From positions 224,001-288,000 of the forward strand of contig CAVUSO010000001.1 in the NCBI GenBank assembly GCA_963744145.1: a stretch of 64,000 bases of DNA, read 5' to 3'. The notes under the pieces were generated by a model. The model saw only the letters and a program-made list of their open reading frames with translations. It was not told the origin of the DNA and made no database searches. The translations under genes were made by a program, and so were the position numbers. Below are positions 1 through 10,632 of the stretch, in pieces (position 1 is the first letter of the stretch; each line of letters opens with the position of its first letter). This DNA comes from an uncultured cyanobacterium (GTDB taxonomy: Bacteria > Cyanobacteriota > Cyanobacteriia > Cyanobacteriales > CAWUOF01).

Positions 1-390
1 TGTTTAAATTTGGAAATATCGGGAAATGCTAGTCCTTTAATGGATACTGGTGTAGGGTTAGATCCAGTTAGAGGAATGAACTTACAACGGATTCAACAAG
101 ACATGATCCACCAAGAAATTGATAAGGTAACGACTGCTTTAGAAGTTTATCGTCAACTTGGCAAAGAACAGGGAATTAATACAGAATCAGATTATAAGAT
201 TGGTGAACCAGGAGTGTGGATTTGTGATGTGTCTCGGAATTGGGGGGCAGATTTAATTGTCCTTGGTCGTCGTGGACGTCAGGTTTTAGCAGAAATTTTT
301 CTGGGTAGTGTTAGTAATTATGTGGTTCATCATGCTCCTTGCTCAGTTTTAGTGGTCCAAGGATTCACCCCACCCATGGAAAATCGATAA
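1..390 (+). CDS. Universal stress protein (UspA family), probably 5'-truncated by the window edge
   Basis: ADLIVLGRRG...LGSVSNYVVHHAPCSVLVV is the Usp C-terminal signature; the true start is likely upstream of base 1. Confidence 0.85.
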   Translation, partial: CLNLEISGNASPLMDTGVGLDPVRGMNLQRIQQDMIHQEIDKVTTALEVYRQLGKEQGINTESDYKIGEPGVWICDVSRNWGADLIVLGRRGRQVLAEIFLGSVSNYVVHHAPCSVLVVQGFTPPMENR

Positions 391-415
391 TTAAGCATAA
401 TAGAAAGGTAAAATT

Positions 416-1303
416 ATGGCTCATCTCAACCAACGTCGTCCCCAAAATATCTCCGGAGATTTTTATGTAGATTCTACTTGTATTGATTGTGATACTTGTC
501 GTTGGATGTCACCGAACGTATTTGAGCGTCGAGATCAACAATCTGCTGTTTATCACCAACCAACAGACCAGACAGAACGACTAGGAGCTATGCAAGCTTT
601 ATTATCTTGTCCCACAGCTTCCATTGGGACTGTAGAAAAACCACAGGATATTCGGGATATTCAGCAAAGTTTTCCAATTTTAGTCGCTGAAAATGTTTAT
701 CACTGTGGTTATCATGCCGAAAATTCCTATGGAGCTGCTAGTTATTTAATTGTGCGATCGTCTGGTAATATTCTGGTGGATTCACCTCGATTTGCACCAC
801 CATTAGTTAAACGTTTAGAAGCATTGGGTGAGATTCGTTATATGTATCTTACCCATAAAGATGATGTGGCTGATCATGCCAAATTTCACCAACATTTCCA
901 TTGCGATCGCATTCTGCACCAAGATGACCTTAATGATCAAACTCGCGATGTAGAAATTCAACTTTCTGGTGAAGAGCCAGTCGAGCTAGACCAAGATTTG
1001 TTAATTATCCCTGTTCCCGGTCATACCAAAGGACACACAGTTTTACTGTACCAGAATAAATTTTTATTTACTGGTGATCATCTAGCTTGGTCTGGGGTCA
1101 ACCATCCTGACTTAAAACAGTTAATTGCGTTTCCGCGGGTTTGTTGGTATTCCTGGACAGCACAAATAAAATCAATGCAAAAATTAGCTAGCTACTCCTT
1201 TGAATGGGTATTACCTGGTCATGGTCGTCGTTATCATAGCGATCGAGAAACGATGAAAGCACAAATGGAAAAGTGTATTACTTGGATGGAAAGCATTAGC
1301 TGA
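416..1303 (+). CDS. Ferredoxin-fused metallo-beta-lactamase-fold hydrolase
   Basis: N-terminal CIDCDTC...CP Fe-S motif; THKDDVADH, GHTKGH, TGDH and PGHG MBL motifs. Confidence 0.85.
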   Translation: MAHLNQRRPQNISGDFYVDSTCIDCDTCRWMSPNVFERRDQQSAVYHQPTDQTERLGAMQALLSCPTASIGTVEKPQDIRDIQQSFPILVAENVYHCGYHAENSYGAASYLIVRSSGNILVDSPRFAPPLVKRLEALGEIRYMYLTHKDDVADHAKFHQHFHCDRILHQDDLNDQTRDVEIQLSGEEPVELDQDLLIIPVPGHTKGHTVLLYQNKFLFTGDHLAWSGVNHPDLKQLIAFPRVCWYSWTAQIKSMQKLASYSFEWVLPGHGRRYHSDRETMKAQMEKCITWMESIS

Positions 1304-1318
1304 GGCTCATAACTAACA

Positions 1319-1819
1319 TCAAATATTGTTGGCACTCGGTGGACCATCTCTAACTTCCAGAACTTCCGATGCTGGTTTACCCAAAATTCTGGCAATTGGA
1401 TCAATTAAGATATCATCAATTGGCTTGCCTTGATAAATATTTCTTAAGTCTGGCAAAGACAATCGATAGGAATCGCAAAATCTAGCAAATTCTTTATCAC
1501 TGACATCTAATTCTTCTTGTCGATCTCGGAGCAAGTAAGCGATCGCAAAAGATCCGTATTTGGGACGTTGCCCCATGGCCAGATATTTTTTCATCACCTG
1601 CTCGATTTGTTTTGGATCACCCCCTGTTCGTTTAATGACATCAAGACAAGCAACTCTTAATGCTTTGCGTAATTTGTCTTCTTCATTCAGAATGCCTACA
1701 ATTTTTTCGGCATATTCGGCATAGCAAAATCCCACAACCCCGCCATTATAGGTTACAGGAACCAGAGATTTAGTTTGGTTAAACTGCCAAGGTAAAGGCT
1801 GACTTGGTGGTATTGCCAT
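1319..1819 (-). CDS. Hypothetical protein with possible C-terminal XRE-like HTH
   Basis: ORF; AGAGGAGG ribosome-binding site precedes the ATG at 1819 rather than 1849; C-terminal helical pattern resembles Cro/XRE folds. Confidence 0.6.
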   Translation of the reverse strand: MAIPPSQPLPWQFNQTKSLVPVTYNGGVVGFCYAEYAEKIVGILNEEDKLRKALRVACLDVIKRTGGDPKQIEQVMKKYLAMGQRPKYGSFAIAYLLRDRQEELDVSDKEFARFCDSYRLSLPDLRNIYQGKPIDDILIDPIARILGKPASEVLEVRDGPPSANNI

Positions 1820-1927
1820 TGCAGCACCTCCTCTAAAACTTATATTCACTACAGGCTTAAATGCTTGTAAGGTATAATAATATCAGTCTGGGGAAACATC
1901 TGAAAAAAGATATTTACGATTATGGGG

Positions 1928-2296
1928 TTAGGGAGTAATTATCCGTCCCCTGGTCAATTCCACCGTGATTTTGCCGCTATATCCGGGAATAGGTGGGGCT
2001 AATTTCGTGAGTCGGACTTGCACTTGATCGATTTGTGCTGATTGCAGGACAAGTTCGGCGATCGCAGTAGCTAGTTTTTCGATTAAGGCAAATTTACTAT
2101 TTTCGATTAAATCGCGCACTATGGTAATTGTCTGACGATAATCAACGGTATCTTCAAGGAGATCGCTGCTTCCAGCTCCAGATAAGTCTAACCATAAAGT
2201 CAAATCCACTTCAAACCACTGACCCAATACTTGCTCTTCTGGTAAATGACCTGTATAACCATAACCACGAATCCCAGTCAGTTGCATTGCATCCAT
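1928..2296 (-). CDS. folB: Dihydroneopterin aldolase
   Basis: GYGYTGHLPEEQVLGQWFEVD, DTVDY, LIEKLA and TKLAPP motifs. Confidence 0.92.
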   Translation of the reverse strand: MDAMQLTGIRGYGYTGHLPEEQVLGQWFEVDLTLWLDLSGAGSSDLLEDTVDYRQTITIVRDLIENSKFALIEKLATAIAELVLQSAQIDQVQVRLTKLAPPIPGYSGKITVELTRGRIITP

Positions 2297-2334
2297 AAAT
2301 CACTCCCATTAAACATAAATATATTAATTGGAAA

Positions 2335-3447
2335 ATGTCAGATAAAATGAGTAAAGTTGTAATTATTGGTTGTGGAATTATTGGTGCAGCGATCGCTTAT
2401 GAACTTAGTCAAGTATCAGGACTTGAAATTACAGTGATTGATCAACAACAACCCGGACAAGCTGCTACTGCTGCTGCTCTTGGGGTATTAATGAGTAATC
2501 TGAGTTCTAAAACTAAGGGAAAATCTTGGCAATTACGTCAAATTAGTCTGCAACGTTATGAAACTCTGATTCCAGAATTAGAAAATCTCACCAAGCTGAA
2601 AATTCCTTTTAATCGTCACGGAATTCTGATGTTGGGTTGTCTGGAAGAAGAGTTGGTTTCCTGTGAAAGGTTAGTGCGGATTCGTCATTTCCAAGGGTTG
2701 CAATTAGAATTTTGGGATCAAACCCGAGTTGAGTCTCAATGTCCTCATCTTCATCTTGAACAAGTGATCACTGCTGTTTATTCTCCCCAAGATCGACAAG
2801 TAGAACCTTTAGCTCTTACCCAAGCTTTGATTGCAGCTGCTAAACTTCATGGTGTTAATTTTAAGTTTGGAGTTAAGGTGATCGACGCAGACTATATTAA
2901 TGAAACAGCATCTTCCCGTCGATGTCAATCTATTCATACTACTGAAGGATCGCTCCAGGTTGATTGGTTAGCGATCGCTGCTGGTAATGGTTCAACTCCC
3001 TTAACTGTTGCTCTCAACCAACCAGTAGACATTAGACCAGTTTTAGGTCAAGCTTTGCACTTGCGTTTACCCCAACCTTTAGGACATCCAGATTTCCAAC
3101 CAATTATTACGATTAATGATACTTATATTGTACCCCTAGGTCAAGGTGATTATTGGGTAGGTGCGACCTTAGAGTTTCCCGATGGTAAAGATGATCTTGT
3201 TGCTGTCCCCGCAGCATTAACTACATTAAAAGAACGCGCTATCTCTTTTTGTCCTGGATTAGCTGAAGCTACAGTGATTAGCACTTGGTCTGGTTTACGT
3301 CCACGTCCTGAAGAACGGGGAGCACCAATTATTGAATATTTACCTAATTATAGTAATGTAGTTCTCGCTACAGGTCATTATCGCAATGGGGTATTACTTG
3401 CTCCAGCTACAGCGATCGCGGTCCGACAGATGATTAGCAAAAATTGA
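2335..3447 (+). CDS. FAD-dependent oxidoreductase (glycine oxidase/DAO family)
   Basis: GxGxxG Rossmann start; WSGLRP and ATGHYRNGVLLAPATA motifs. Confidence 0.85.
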   Translation: MSDKMSKVVIIGCGIIGAAIAYELSQVSGLEITVIDQQQPGQAATAAALGVLMSNLSSKTKGKSWQLRQISLQRYETLIPELENLTKLKIPFNRHGILMLGCLEEELVSCERLVRIRHFQGLQLEFWDQTRVESQCPHLHLEQVITAVYSPQDRQVEPLALTQALIAAAKLHGVNFKFGVKVIDADYINETASSRRCQSIHTTEGSLQVDWLAIAAGNGSTPLTVALNQPVDIRPVLGQALHLRLPQPLGHPDFQPIITINDTYIVPLGQGDYWVGATLEFPDGKDDLVAVPAALTTLKERAISFCPGLAEATVISTWSGLRPRPEERGAPIIEYLPNYSNVVLATGHYRNGVLLAPATAIAVRQMISKN

Positions 3448-3463
3448 TGACTATTTCCTTAAG

Positions 3464-5035
3464 TCATTTATGGATGATTTTTTGGTTACCATATATAGCT
3501 ATAGCTTGTCCAGGTGGTACTTCTAGATTACTGAAACCATTTGCTGACACTGTGATCATATTACCAGTACAATTTTGACCATCTTTAGTTAATTCGCCCG
3601 TAATAATATTACAATATAGTCCTGGTGACAATCCAGTTTGTAATCTATGTTTTAAAGCAAAATTCTCTTTATTAAGAGCGACAAAACCTTGATTACCTCG
3701 ACTAAAAGCAATTTGATTATTACCGTTACTCCACCAGTTAGAAATATAAAAATCTGTGGCTGTATAATTGCGAAATTCTACCATATTAGCGATCGCCGTT
3801 TGTCGATGTTCACAAATCCATCTCGAAAAGCAATTCCGACTATTATTTTTGTCCCTTCGACTACGCTCAGGGTAAACGTAAATATCCAGAGTGTTACCAA
3901 AAAAATCCGCCGGAGGTCCTTGATCACGCTCTTTAAAATCATAACTAGACATAATTTGCGGATATCCATAGGGCCAAGCTAACATAAAAATATTAGCTAG
4001 TGTATATAGTTGACCGTCTTTATAAGTAAGCACATGATGACTGACCCGATCTGCACGTTGGTTATCGTGGTTATCAACAAAGACGATCGCTTTTTGGCTA
4101 GGAATAAATCCATTAGTTAAGCCAAATTTCTTTAAAGATGCTAGTTGACTATATCGGAAAATATCGCTTAATTGTACACTATATTTAAATTCAGTTACAC
4201 TACCATTAGGAAAATATTCGGAAGCTTTGATCGGCTCATTACCATGATCAATTACTTCTTGATAAATAAAAGCTGGGTGATGCAGGAGCCGAAAAATAGC
4301 TTGGAGATCATTACTAGCAATATGTTTAGCCGCATCAATCCGAAATCCAGCTACTCCCAAGGTTAATAAATCATTCAGATAATCAGCTAAACGCGATCGC
4401 ACATATTCAGAGCTAGTATCAAGATCGGCTAAATGCACCAATTGACAATTTTGCACTTCCCAACGGTCTTGATAATTTTGGATATCATCATTACCATGAC
4501 GATGACAATGATGGAAATCTTTAAATGAATAAATTCCCGGATATTCATAACGACCAAACCAAGAACCAGCAAAGCCAATCTCAGTTTGTCCAGGTTCTAA
4601 AACTCCCGTAGTATGATTAAGCACCGCATCAACATAAATATCAACTCCTACTGCTTTACAGCGTTTTACCATATCCACAAATTCGGCGCGATTTCCACTA
4701 CGACTTGCAATTTTATAACTTACAGTTTGATAACGTTCATACCAAGGATTACCTATAATAACTCGATGTTCATTTACTGGTGAAACTTGAACTGCGGCAA
4801 ATCCTTTCGGACCAAGAAAATTCTCACATTCCCGGGCGATATCTGTCCATTTCCATTCAAATAAATGCACAAAAACTGTACGGTTTTTTTTAATTACTTG
4901 ATCAGACTTAACAGTTTCAGCAATACTAGATTGATCGGAAGCATGCTGTAAAGTTTGGTTGAAATAATTTTTGTCATAACTAAATATTACCAGTAAAAAA
5001 CTGGCCATAACCATCAAGAATATTTTTTTCCCCAT
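3464..5035 (-). CDS. Secreted alpha-amylase (GH13) with a 24-nt in-frame insertion
   Basis: VHLFEW, DAVLNH, GFRIDAAKH, QEVID, FVDNHD catalytic regions; hydrophobic N-terminus. Confidence 0.92.
   Translation of the reverse strand: MGKKIFLMVMASFLLVIFSYDKNYFNQTLQHASDQSSIAETVKSDQVIKKNRTVFVHLFEWKWTDIARECENFLGPKGFAAVQVSPVNEHRVIIGNPWYERYQTVSYKIASRSGNRAEFVDMVKRCKAVGVDIYVDAVLNHTTGVLEPGQTEIGFAGSWFGRYEYPGIYSFKDFHHCHRHGNDDIQNYQDRWEVQNCQLVHLADLDTSSEYVRSRLADYLNDLLTLGVAGFRIDAAKHIASNDLQAIFRLLHHPAFIYQEVIDHGNEPIKASEYFPNGSVTEFKYSVQLSDIFRYSQLASLKKFGLTNGFIPSQKAIVFVDNHDNQRADRVSHHVLTYKDGQLYTLANIFMLAWPYGYPQIMSSYDFKERDQGPPADFFGNTLDIYVYPERSRRDKNNSRNCFSRWICEHRQTAIANMVEFRNYTATDFYISNWWSNGNNQIAFSRGNQGFVALNKENFALKHRLQTGLSPGLYCNIITGELTKDGQNCTGNMITVSANGFSNLEVPPGQAIAIYGNQKIIHK
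3853..3876 (+). mobile_element. 24-nt small dispersed repeat (SDR-like) inserted in the amylase gene
   Basis: CCCTTCGACTACGCTCAGGGTAAA, identical to the insertion at 27695-27718; removing it restores ...DIYDKN... Confidence 0.8.
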
Positions 5036-5322
5036 ATTTAATCAGCTATTTCTCATGATAGTGTCAAAATTCGATACAACTTAGACCCTTAATTTTCCGG
5101 AATAGCTTTTTAGCCTTGAATATCGGCTCTAAATAATTATGGTTAGCAATAATATATTTTTTTCTCAGTCGAAATAAATAGTATTTTTATCTGAAAATCT
5201 AGTTATGCTTGACTCAAACAGTTAAACAGAATAAATCTTAAGCTTTTTTTCATAAATAATAGCTCAGGTAAAAAGTAACATGGGGATGTTGATCAGTTCT
5301 TGATTATTAGGAGAAAATTAGG

Positions 5323-5742
5323 ATGCCTACGCTGATTACAACAACCTTGCCCGGTTTGGGAATAGGATATGTTTGCAAAGTAGGTTATATGGCTTCCCCA
5401 GGAGCTAATTATGCTTTATTAGAACTGAAAACGGGTAATGATATTGGGTTAAGTGCATCTGCTCGTTTTAGTGAAGGTACTGTTGTCCTTAATTCTTACA
5501 TTAATGGAAATTGGGGCAAAGAAGAAAGACCGACTGGGTTTCCCTTAGTAATCGGACAACAATTATCTGTAATTGTGATTGTTCTACCAACCGAATTTGA
5601 AATTCAAGCGGTTCAGGAAGGTACAGAAAATCAACCCTGGGTATATAAATATCAGCATCGTTTACCAGCCAGCTTTGATGTAGTTAACTTTACTGCTGAA
5701 AATGTTACTATGAAAGATTTTTTTGTAACCAAAGCGTTTTAG
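5323..5742 (+). CDS. Galectin-like carbohydrate-recognition-domain protein
   Basis: DIGLSASARF..VVLNS...GNWGKEER..FP and HRLP match galectin CRD spacing; AGGAG RBS upstream. Confidence 0.7.
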   Translation: MPTLITTTLPGLGIGYVCKVGYMASPGANYALLELKTGNDIGLSASARFSEGTVVLNSYINGNWGKEERPTGFPLVIGQQLSVIVIVLPTEFEIQAVQEGTENQPWVYKYQHRLPASFDVVNFTAENVTMKDFFVTKAF

Positions 5743-5896
5743 TAGATTTAAGCTAAGAGCGCGATTACTATAGTTTCTTATAGCGATCGCGCTGTAAAAA
5801 TGAAAAAGTGAGTTAATTTTATTGGCTGAGAAAATAGCTATTTTAATATAATTAAACGCTTTCAAATTATCTAGAAGCAAATTCAACTTTTTAGGT

Positions 5897-6106
5897 TTAT
5901 AAAAGTTCTTCTAGAAAGAGAACAAGTTGATGAGCTAGACTCTGAGAATCATAGTTAATATCTACGTTGGGTTCTAATTCAGAAACCGGCTTTATCCCTT
6001 CTTCTTTAGCTAATTCACTAACTAAAAATTGGATCACCCGGAGCTTATCAGCATGGGATAATTGGCGCAGTTCGGCAAGTAATTCGTCAATTTGCATAGC
6101 AGGCAA
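5897..6106 (-). CDS. Small hypothetical protein
   Basis: 69-aa ORF with LRQLSHADKLRVIQFLVSELAKEE, a pattern common in small cyanobacterial proteins. Confidence 0.55.
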   Translation of the reverse strand: MPAMQIDELLAELRQLSHADKLRVIQFLVSELAKEEGIKPVSELEPNVDINYDSQSLAHQLVLFLEELL

Positions 6107-6228
6107 TTAGATTTAGCATCCCCATTCTAGCACTTGCCAGCTTTTTTGCTATCAAAGCTAAATTACCTGCATCATCCTCAAAAGCATTATCAAAATTGTT
6201 GTCCGATCGCTAAAACACCATCATCAAA

Positions 6229-6260
6229 CAAAAAAAACAGCCATCTGGATGGATGGCTGC
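6229..6260 (-). terminator. Rho-independent terminator of glnA
   Basis: CAGCCATC/GATGGCTG stem followed by a T run on the minus strand, just after the glnA stop. Confidence 0.75.
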
Positions 6261-6287
6261 TTGAGTTAACTCATTAAATTGTCAAAA

Positions 6288-7706
6288 TTAGACATCATAA
6301 TAGAGAGCAAACTCATAAGGGTGAGGACGAAGCCGCATGGGGTTAACTTCATTATCGAGTTTGTATTTAATCCAAGTATCTAAAAAGTCGTTGGTAAATA
6401 CTCCAGGAGCTATTAAAAACTCATGGTCTTTTTCTAATGCTGCGAGTGCCCCTTCCAGAGAACCAGGAGTTGAAGGAACATTCTTCAATTCTTCTGGGCT
6501 GAGATCATAAATATCCTTATCCAGTGGTTCACCTGGGTCAATTTGATTTTTGATTCCATCAATTCCAGCACATAACATGGCTGCAAAAGCGAGGTAAGGG
6601 TTACAGGTAGCATCAGGACACCGGAACTCTAACCGTTTAGCTTTGGGATTATCACCAGAGAGGGGAATCCGAATTGATGCGGAACGATTACCTTGAGAAT
6701 AGGCTAAGTTTACCGGAGCTTCAAACCCGGGAACTAAGCGTTTGTAAGAATTGGTAGTGGGATTGGTAATTGCTAACAGGGCTGGTGCGTGCTTGAGTAA
6801 ACCACCAATATAGTATAGCGCCATTTGGCTCAGTTTCGCATACTTATCGCCAGCAAACAGAGGTACACCACCTTTCCAGATGGATTGGTGAGTGTGCATC
6901 CCGGAACCATTGTCATTAAACAGTGGTTTTGGCATAAAAGTAACAGTTTTACCGTATTTTTTAGCCACATTTTTAATGACGTATTTATAAGTCATCAAAT
7001 AGTCTGCTGCTTGAACTAAGGGTGCAAACCGAAAACCAAGTTCATTTTGACCACCTGTTGCTACTTCATGGTGATGCTTTTCAATGGGTACTCCACACTC
7101 TGCCATTGTCAGCAACATTTCCGTCCGGATATCTTGCATGGTATCTGTGGGAGCTACAGGGAAGTAACCTTCTTTGTAGCGAGGTTTGTAACCTAGGTTC
7201 GGACCTTCTTCTTTACCAGAGTTCCAACGTCCTTCAACTGTATCGACGTAATAAAAACCTTTATTTTCGCTTTGGTCAAATCGGACATCATCAAATATAA
7301 AAAACTCTGCTTCTGGGCCAATAAATGCCATATCGCCCAGACCAGTGCTAATTAAGTAATCGAGAGCTTTTTTCGCAATTGTCCGAGGGTCACGACTGTA
7401 CCATTCCCCTGTCCTTGGTTCTTTGATGCTACAGATTAGGCTCAAAGTCGGTTCTTTCATAAATGGGTCGATCCAGGCAGTCGTCGGATCGGGCACCATG
7501 GACATATCGGATTCGTTGATCGCTTTCCAACCGCGAATACTAGATCCGTCAAAGGGTACACCCTCAGTAAAGGAACTAGCATCAATTTGATTTTGGTAAA
7601 ATGAACAGTGTTGCCAAATTCCTGGCATATCGATGAATTTGAGATCGACAATCTTGATCCCTTTTTCTTGGATTAGATTTAAAACTTCTTGGGCTGTTTC
7701 AGGCAT
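6288..7706 (-). CDS. glnA: Glutamine synthetase type I
   Basis: [38 protein letters not shown] motifs. Confidence 0.98.
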   Translation of the reverse strand: MPETAQEVLNLIQEKGIKIVDLKFIDMPGIWQHCSFYQNQIDASSFTEGVPFDGSSIRGWKAINESDMSMVPDPTTAWIDPFMKEPTLSLICSIKEPRTGEWYSRDPRTIAKKALDYLISTGLGDMAFIGPEAEFFIFDDVRFDQSENKGFYYVDTVEGRWNSGKEEGPNLGYKPRYKEGYFPVAPTDTMQDIRTEMLLTMAECGVPIEKHHHEVATGGQNELGFRFAPLVQAADYLMTYKYVIKNVAKKYGKTVTFMPKPLFNDNGSGMHTHQSIWKGGVPLFAGDKYAKLSQMALYYIGGLLKHAPALLAITNPTTNSYKRLVPGFEAPVNLAYSQGNRSASIRIPLSGDNPKAKRLEFRCPDATCNPYLAFAAMLCAGIDGIKNQIDPGEPLDKDIYDLSPEELKNVPSTPGSLEGALAALEKDHEFLIAPGVFTNDFLDTWIKYKLDNEVNPMRLRPHPYEFALYYDV

Positions 7707-7835
7707 GACTTACTCCTTACTGGTAACATTGTTCCGCCAATGGAACAAAAAATGATTTGCTCATCCTAATTAGCTATGGCAAACCTCGCGATCGCTTGTT
7801 TCCCTCTTTTCAAAGGACAAGTTGACGCCAAAATC

Positions 7836-7877
7836 ATCCTAGATATAGGTCTCTGGATATTTTGTATTATTTGTTAC
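7836..7877 (-). promoter_or_regulatory. NtcA-activated promoter of glnA
   Basis: GTA-N8-TAC at 7864-7877, 22-nt spacer, then -10 box TAGGAT (7841-7836) on the minus strand: canonical NtcA geometry. Confidence 0.88.
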
Positions 7878-8137
7878 AAATATTTAGAGGATATCTGAGT
7901 AATCCTAGGGAAATCTGAATTCAATCTGACTAGAAAACATCTACCAAAGATGAAAAACTGGATCAAATTTAACTAAATCTGGGACTGATGACCTGATTTT
8001 TTGGCCAATCTTTTGCTTGAAGAATTAATAAGTGTGTTAATTGATCCCAGGCATTAGTGTAGACTATAAGCGGCTATTCATCCCAAAACCCAGGTGGCGG
8101 GACTCAATTTTGCCAAAATTGTTGGGAGAAAAATTCA

Positions 8138-8647
8138 ATGCGGGACGCAGTTACCAGCCTAATTTCAAATTACGATATTACTGGTCGATATCTAGACCGG
8201 GATGCCATTGATTCGTTGAAATCCTATTTTGACACCGGATTAGCCAGAGTCAGCGCTGCTGCGGTGATTAATGCTAGTGCCACCGATATAGTCAAACAAG
8301 CAGGAACACAGTTATTTGCTGATGTCCCAGAATTGATTCGTCCAGGTGGAAATGCTTATACCACTCGGCGCTATGCTGCTTGTTTGCGGGATATGGATTA
8401 TTATTTGCGCTATGCCACTTATGCGTTGGTCGCTGGTAGTACAGATGTACTAGATGAGCGGGTACTTCAAGGTTTACGGGAAACTTACAACTCTTTAAGT
8501 GTGCCAATTGGACCGACGGTAATGGGTATTCAACTCCTCAAGGACATTGTGAAAGGAAAAGTAGCAGCTGCCAATATTCCCACTGGTGAATATTTAGATC
8601 AGCCCTTTGACTATTTAACTCGTGAGTTGAGCGAACAGGATATCTAG
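8138..8647 (+). CDS. apcF: Allophycocyanin beta-18 subunit
   Basis: MRDAVTSLI start, RPGGNAYTTRRYAACLRD chromophore motif, 169 aa, divergent from glnA. Confidence 0.93.
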   Translation: MRDAVTSLISNYDITGRYLDRDAIDSLKSYFDTGLARVSAAAVINASATDIVKQAGTQLFADVPELIRPGGNAYTTRRYAACLRDMDYYLRYATYALVAGSTDVLDERVLQGLRETYNSLSVPIGPTVMGIQLLKDIVKGKVAAANIPTGEYLDQPFDYLTRELSEQDI

Positions 8648-8731
8648 TCTCCAGTCTACCTAAACTAATAGCGATCGCGCTCCTTCAAGGTAATCGTGAT
8701 CGCTTTGTGTTTTTTTAGCAAGATTTAACAA

Positions 8732-10177
8732 TTAGGTAGGAATTTCTTCGAGATGACTAATTGTTTCGGTGTTCAGTTCGAGGACAACTTCGACTGAGGA
8801 GTTGGGTTTGGCTGGGCTTGAAGATTTTTGGGCTTGATCATCAATATTGGGCAGAAAATTGGAGTCAGGCAACCAACCAATTAAGCTTAGAGGCAGTAGA
8901 GAACTTAAAGCAGCAATCAGAATTAATAGCCAAAGAGATTCAAAGTTCGTCGGTGTGATGCCAAACCATTCCATCAGCAGAGCGCCCAATTCTGATGATA
9001 CCAATCCACCTAGATTCAAAACCGACATTAATAGGGCAAATAAAGTCGCTTCAACTCCTAATGGACAGAGTCGGGCTGATAGGACTAGGAGGGGCATATA
9101 AGTAATCTGTCCCATCACGGTGAGGATGAGACTGTCACCGATACTAAACCAATGGTCATCGATTCCTAACGATCGGTTAGCATGAGTAACCAGGATTAAC
9201 GGAGTCAACCTGAACAGGATGGAAATAATTGCAGCCCAGGTAAAAATAGTCCGAAAGGGCAGGGATTTCAAAAACCGTTGGAACAACCAAATACCGAATA
9301 AAGTAGCTAAACTGGTAACCAAACGTACTCGTCCTAAAAATTCTGGTTCAAAGCCAAGTTCGTTAGTCGTAAAGAAAAAGAAAGCTGCATCACTTGATGG
9401 GGTAGCTTGCCAAACAAACATAACACCAACAGGTATCCAAATCTTTTTTTGACTAATTACTTGACGCAGTTGGACCAATTGTGTTTTGATGTTTTTCCAG
9501 TCAGTCGGTTGGGCATAAGGTACCTCAGCAATTAACCAAGCTACTCCAGAAACAATTAACGGAAATAAAGCTGTAATCAAAAATATTGTTTTAGAACCGA
9601 AAGTTTGTAAAAGATAACCGCTAAGATAGGCGGTGATAATACCGCCTAAAGCTGATGCGATCTTACAGAGAGATTGCAACGAACCAATATCGCTAACCGA
9701 TTCAGATTTGGCTCGTTCCACGACTAAGGAGTCGATGATCACATCACTAAAGGCGATCGCGAGAGACCCCAAGGTGATCGCACAGGTTGCTTCCCCAGCA
9801 TTATCGACGATGGTTGATAAGGCAATCCAAGAGCAACCTCCCAATATTCCTGATAAAATTAGGTAAGGTCTACGTCGATAGCCAAATACAGGGAATCCAT
9901 CCGACATAAACCCTAATAGGGGTTTGATTACCCAAGGTAGGACACTAATCCCGAAGAGAGCAGATACTTCACTTGGACTTAACCCTAATTCATCTTTCAG
10001 AAAAAAGCTCACTGCTAGACGAGCCAATCCTAAGATGCCTTCGACAAAATAAACCAGTAATATGGCGATTAATTCCGGATTTAGCTCATTGCCAAACAGG
10101 ATTTTTTCTGTTATCGATTTTTTCACTTTGTTCAAAACCACTGCTGAAAATTGCATTGAATATAGATTTTGTAACAA
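8732..10177 (-). CDS. Folate/biopterin (BT1) MFS transporter
   Basis: VYFVEGILGLARLAVSFFLKDELGL, LPWVIKPLLGFMSD, GYRRRPYL; multiple TM segments; start may be 10156. Confidence 0.88.
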   Translation of the reverse strand: MLQNLYSMQFSAVVLNKVKKSITEKILFGNELNPELIAILLVYFVEGILGLARLAVSFFLKDELGLSPSEVSALFGISVLPWVIKPLLGFMSDGFPVFGYRRRPYLILSGILGGCSWIALSTIVDNAGEATCAITLGSLAIAFSDVIIDSLVVERAKSESVSDIGSLQSLCKIASALGGIITAYLSGYLLQTFGSKTIFLITALFPLIVSGVAWLIAEVPYAQPTDWKNIKTQLVQLRQVISQKKIWIPVGVMFVWQATPSSDAAFFFFTTNELGFEPEFLGRVRLVTSLATLFGIWLFQRFLKSLPFRTIFTWAAIISILFRLTPLILVTHANRSLGIDDHWFSIGDSLILTVMGQITYMPLLVLSARLCPLGVEATLFALLMSVLNLGGLVSSELGALLMEWFGITPTNFESLWLLILIAALSSLLPLSLIGWLPDSNFLPNIDDQAQKSSSPAKPNSSVEVVLELNTETISHLEEIPT

Positions 10178-10412
10178 TTCTCAATATTTATAACATATTT
10201 TCTGGGATTGGAGTAACATGACCCTCTTGCAATCGATCAGAATCCCAGGATAGTCATTTTGAGTGTCCCACAAGAGTCATTGGTTCTGGTGGGTGGGACA
10301 GAGAGCTGGTCGTAGCATCTCTATCCGATCATAAGACTTTTGCTTTCTTGTCTATTGAGATAGACTTATACAAACTGTTACATTAAAAAAATCTTTATCT
10401 AAATACCAGGTT

Positions 10413-10613
10413 ATGCTCCAGCATTCTTCCTCATCCACTGAGACAAGTGATAGTCCACCACCAGAAACAAACTCAACAGCACCTCAACCAAGTTACGTGA
10501 AACTAGCGATGCGTAATATGGTGCAAAAGCGAGGAACATCAATCTATCATTTTATCATCACAACGATGGGTCTGTTAGCGCTGTTGGTTGGTTTAGCTTA
10601 TTTGACCCGCTAA
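10413..10613 (+). CDS. Small membrane protein (DUF3285-like)
   Basis: PSYVKLAMRNMV...LLVGLAYLTR; usual position upstream of ybeY. Confidence 0.75.
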   Translation: MLQHSSSSTETSDSPPPETNSTAPQPSYVKLAMRNMVQKRGTSIYHFIITTMGLLALLVGLAYLTR

Positions 10614-10632
10614 AACAGCAGGAGTATCAACG

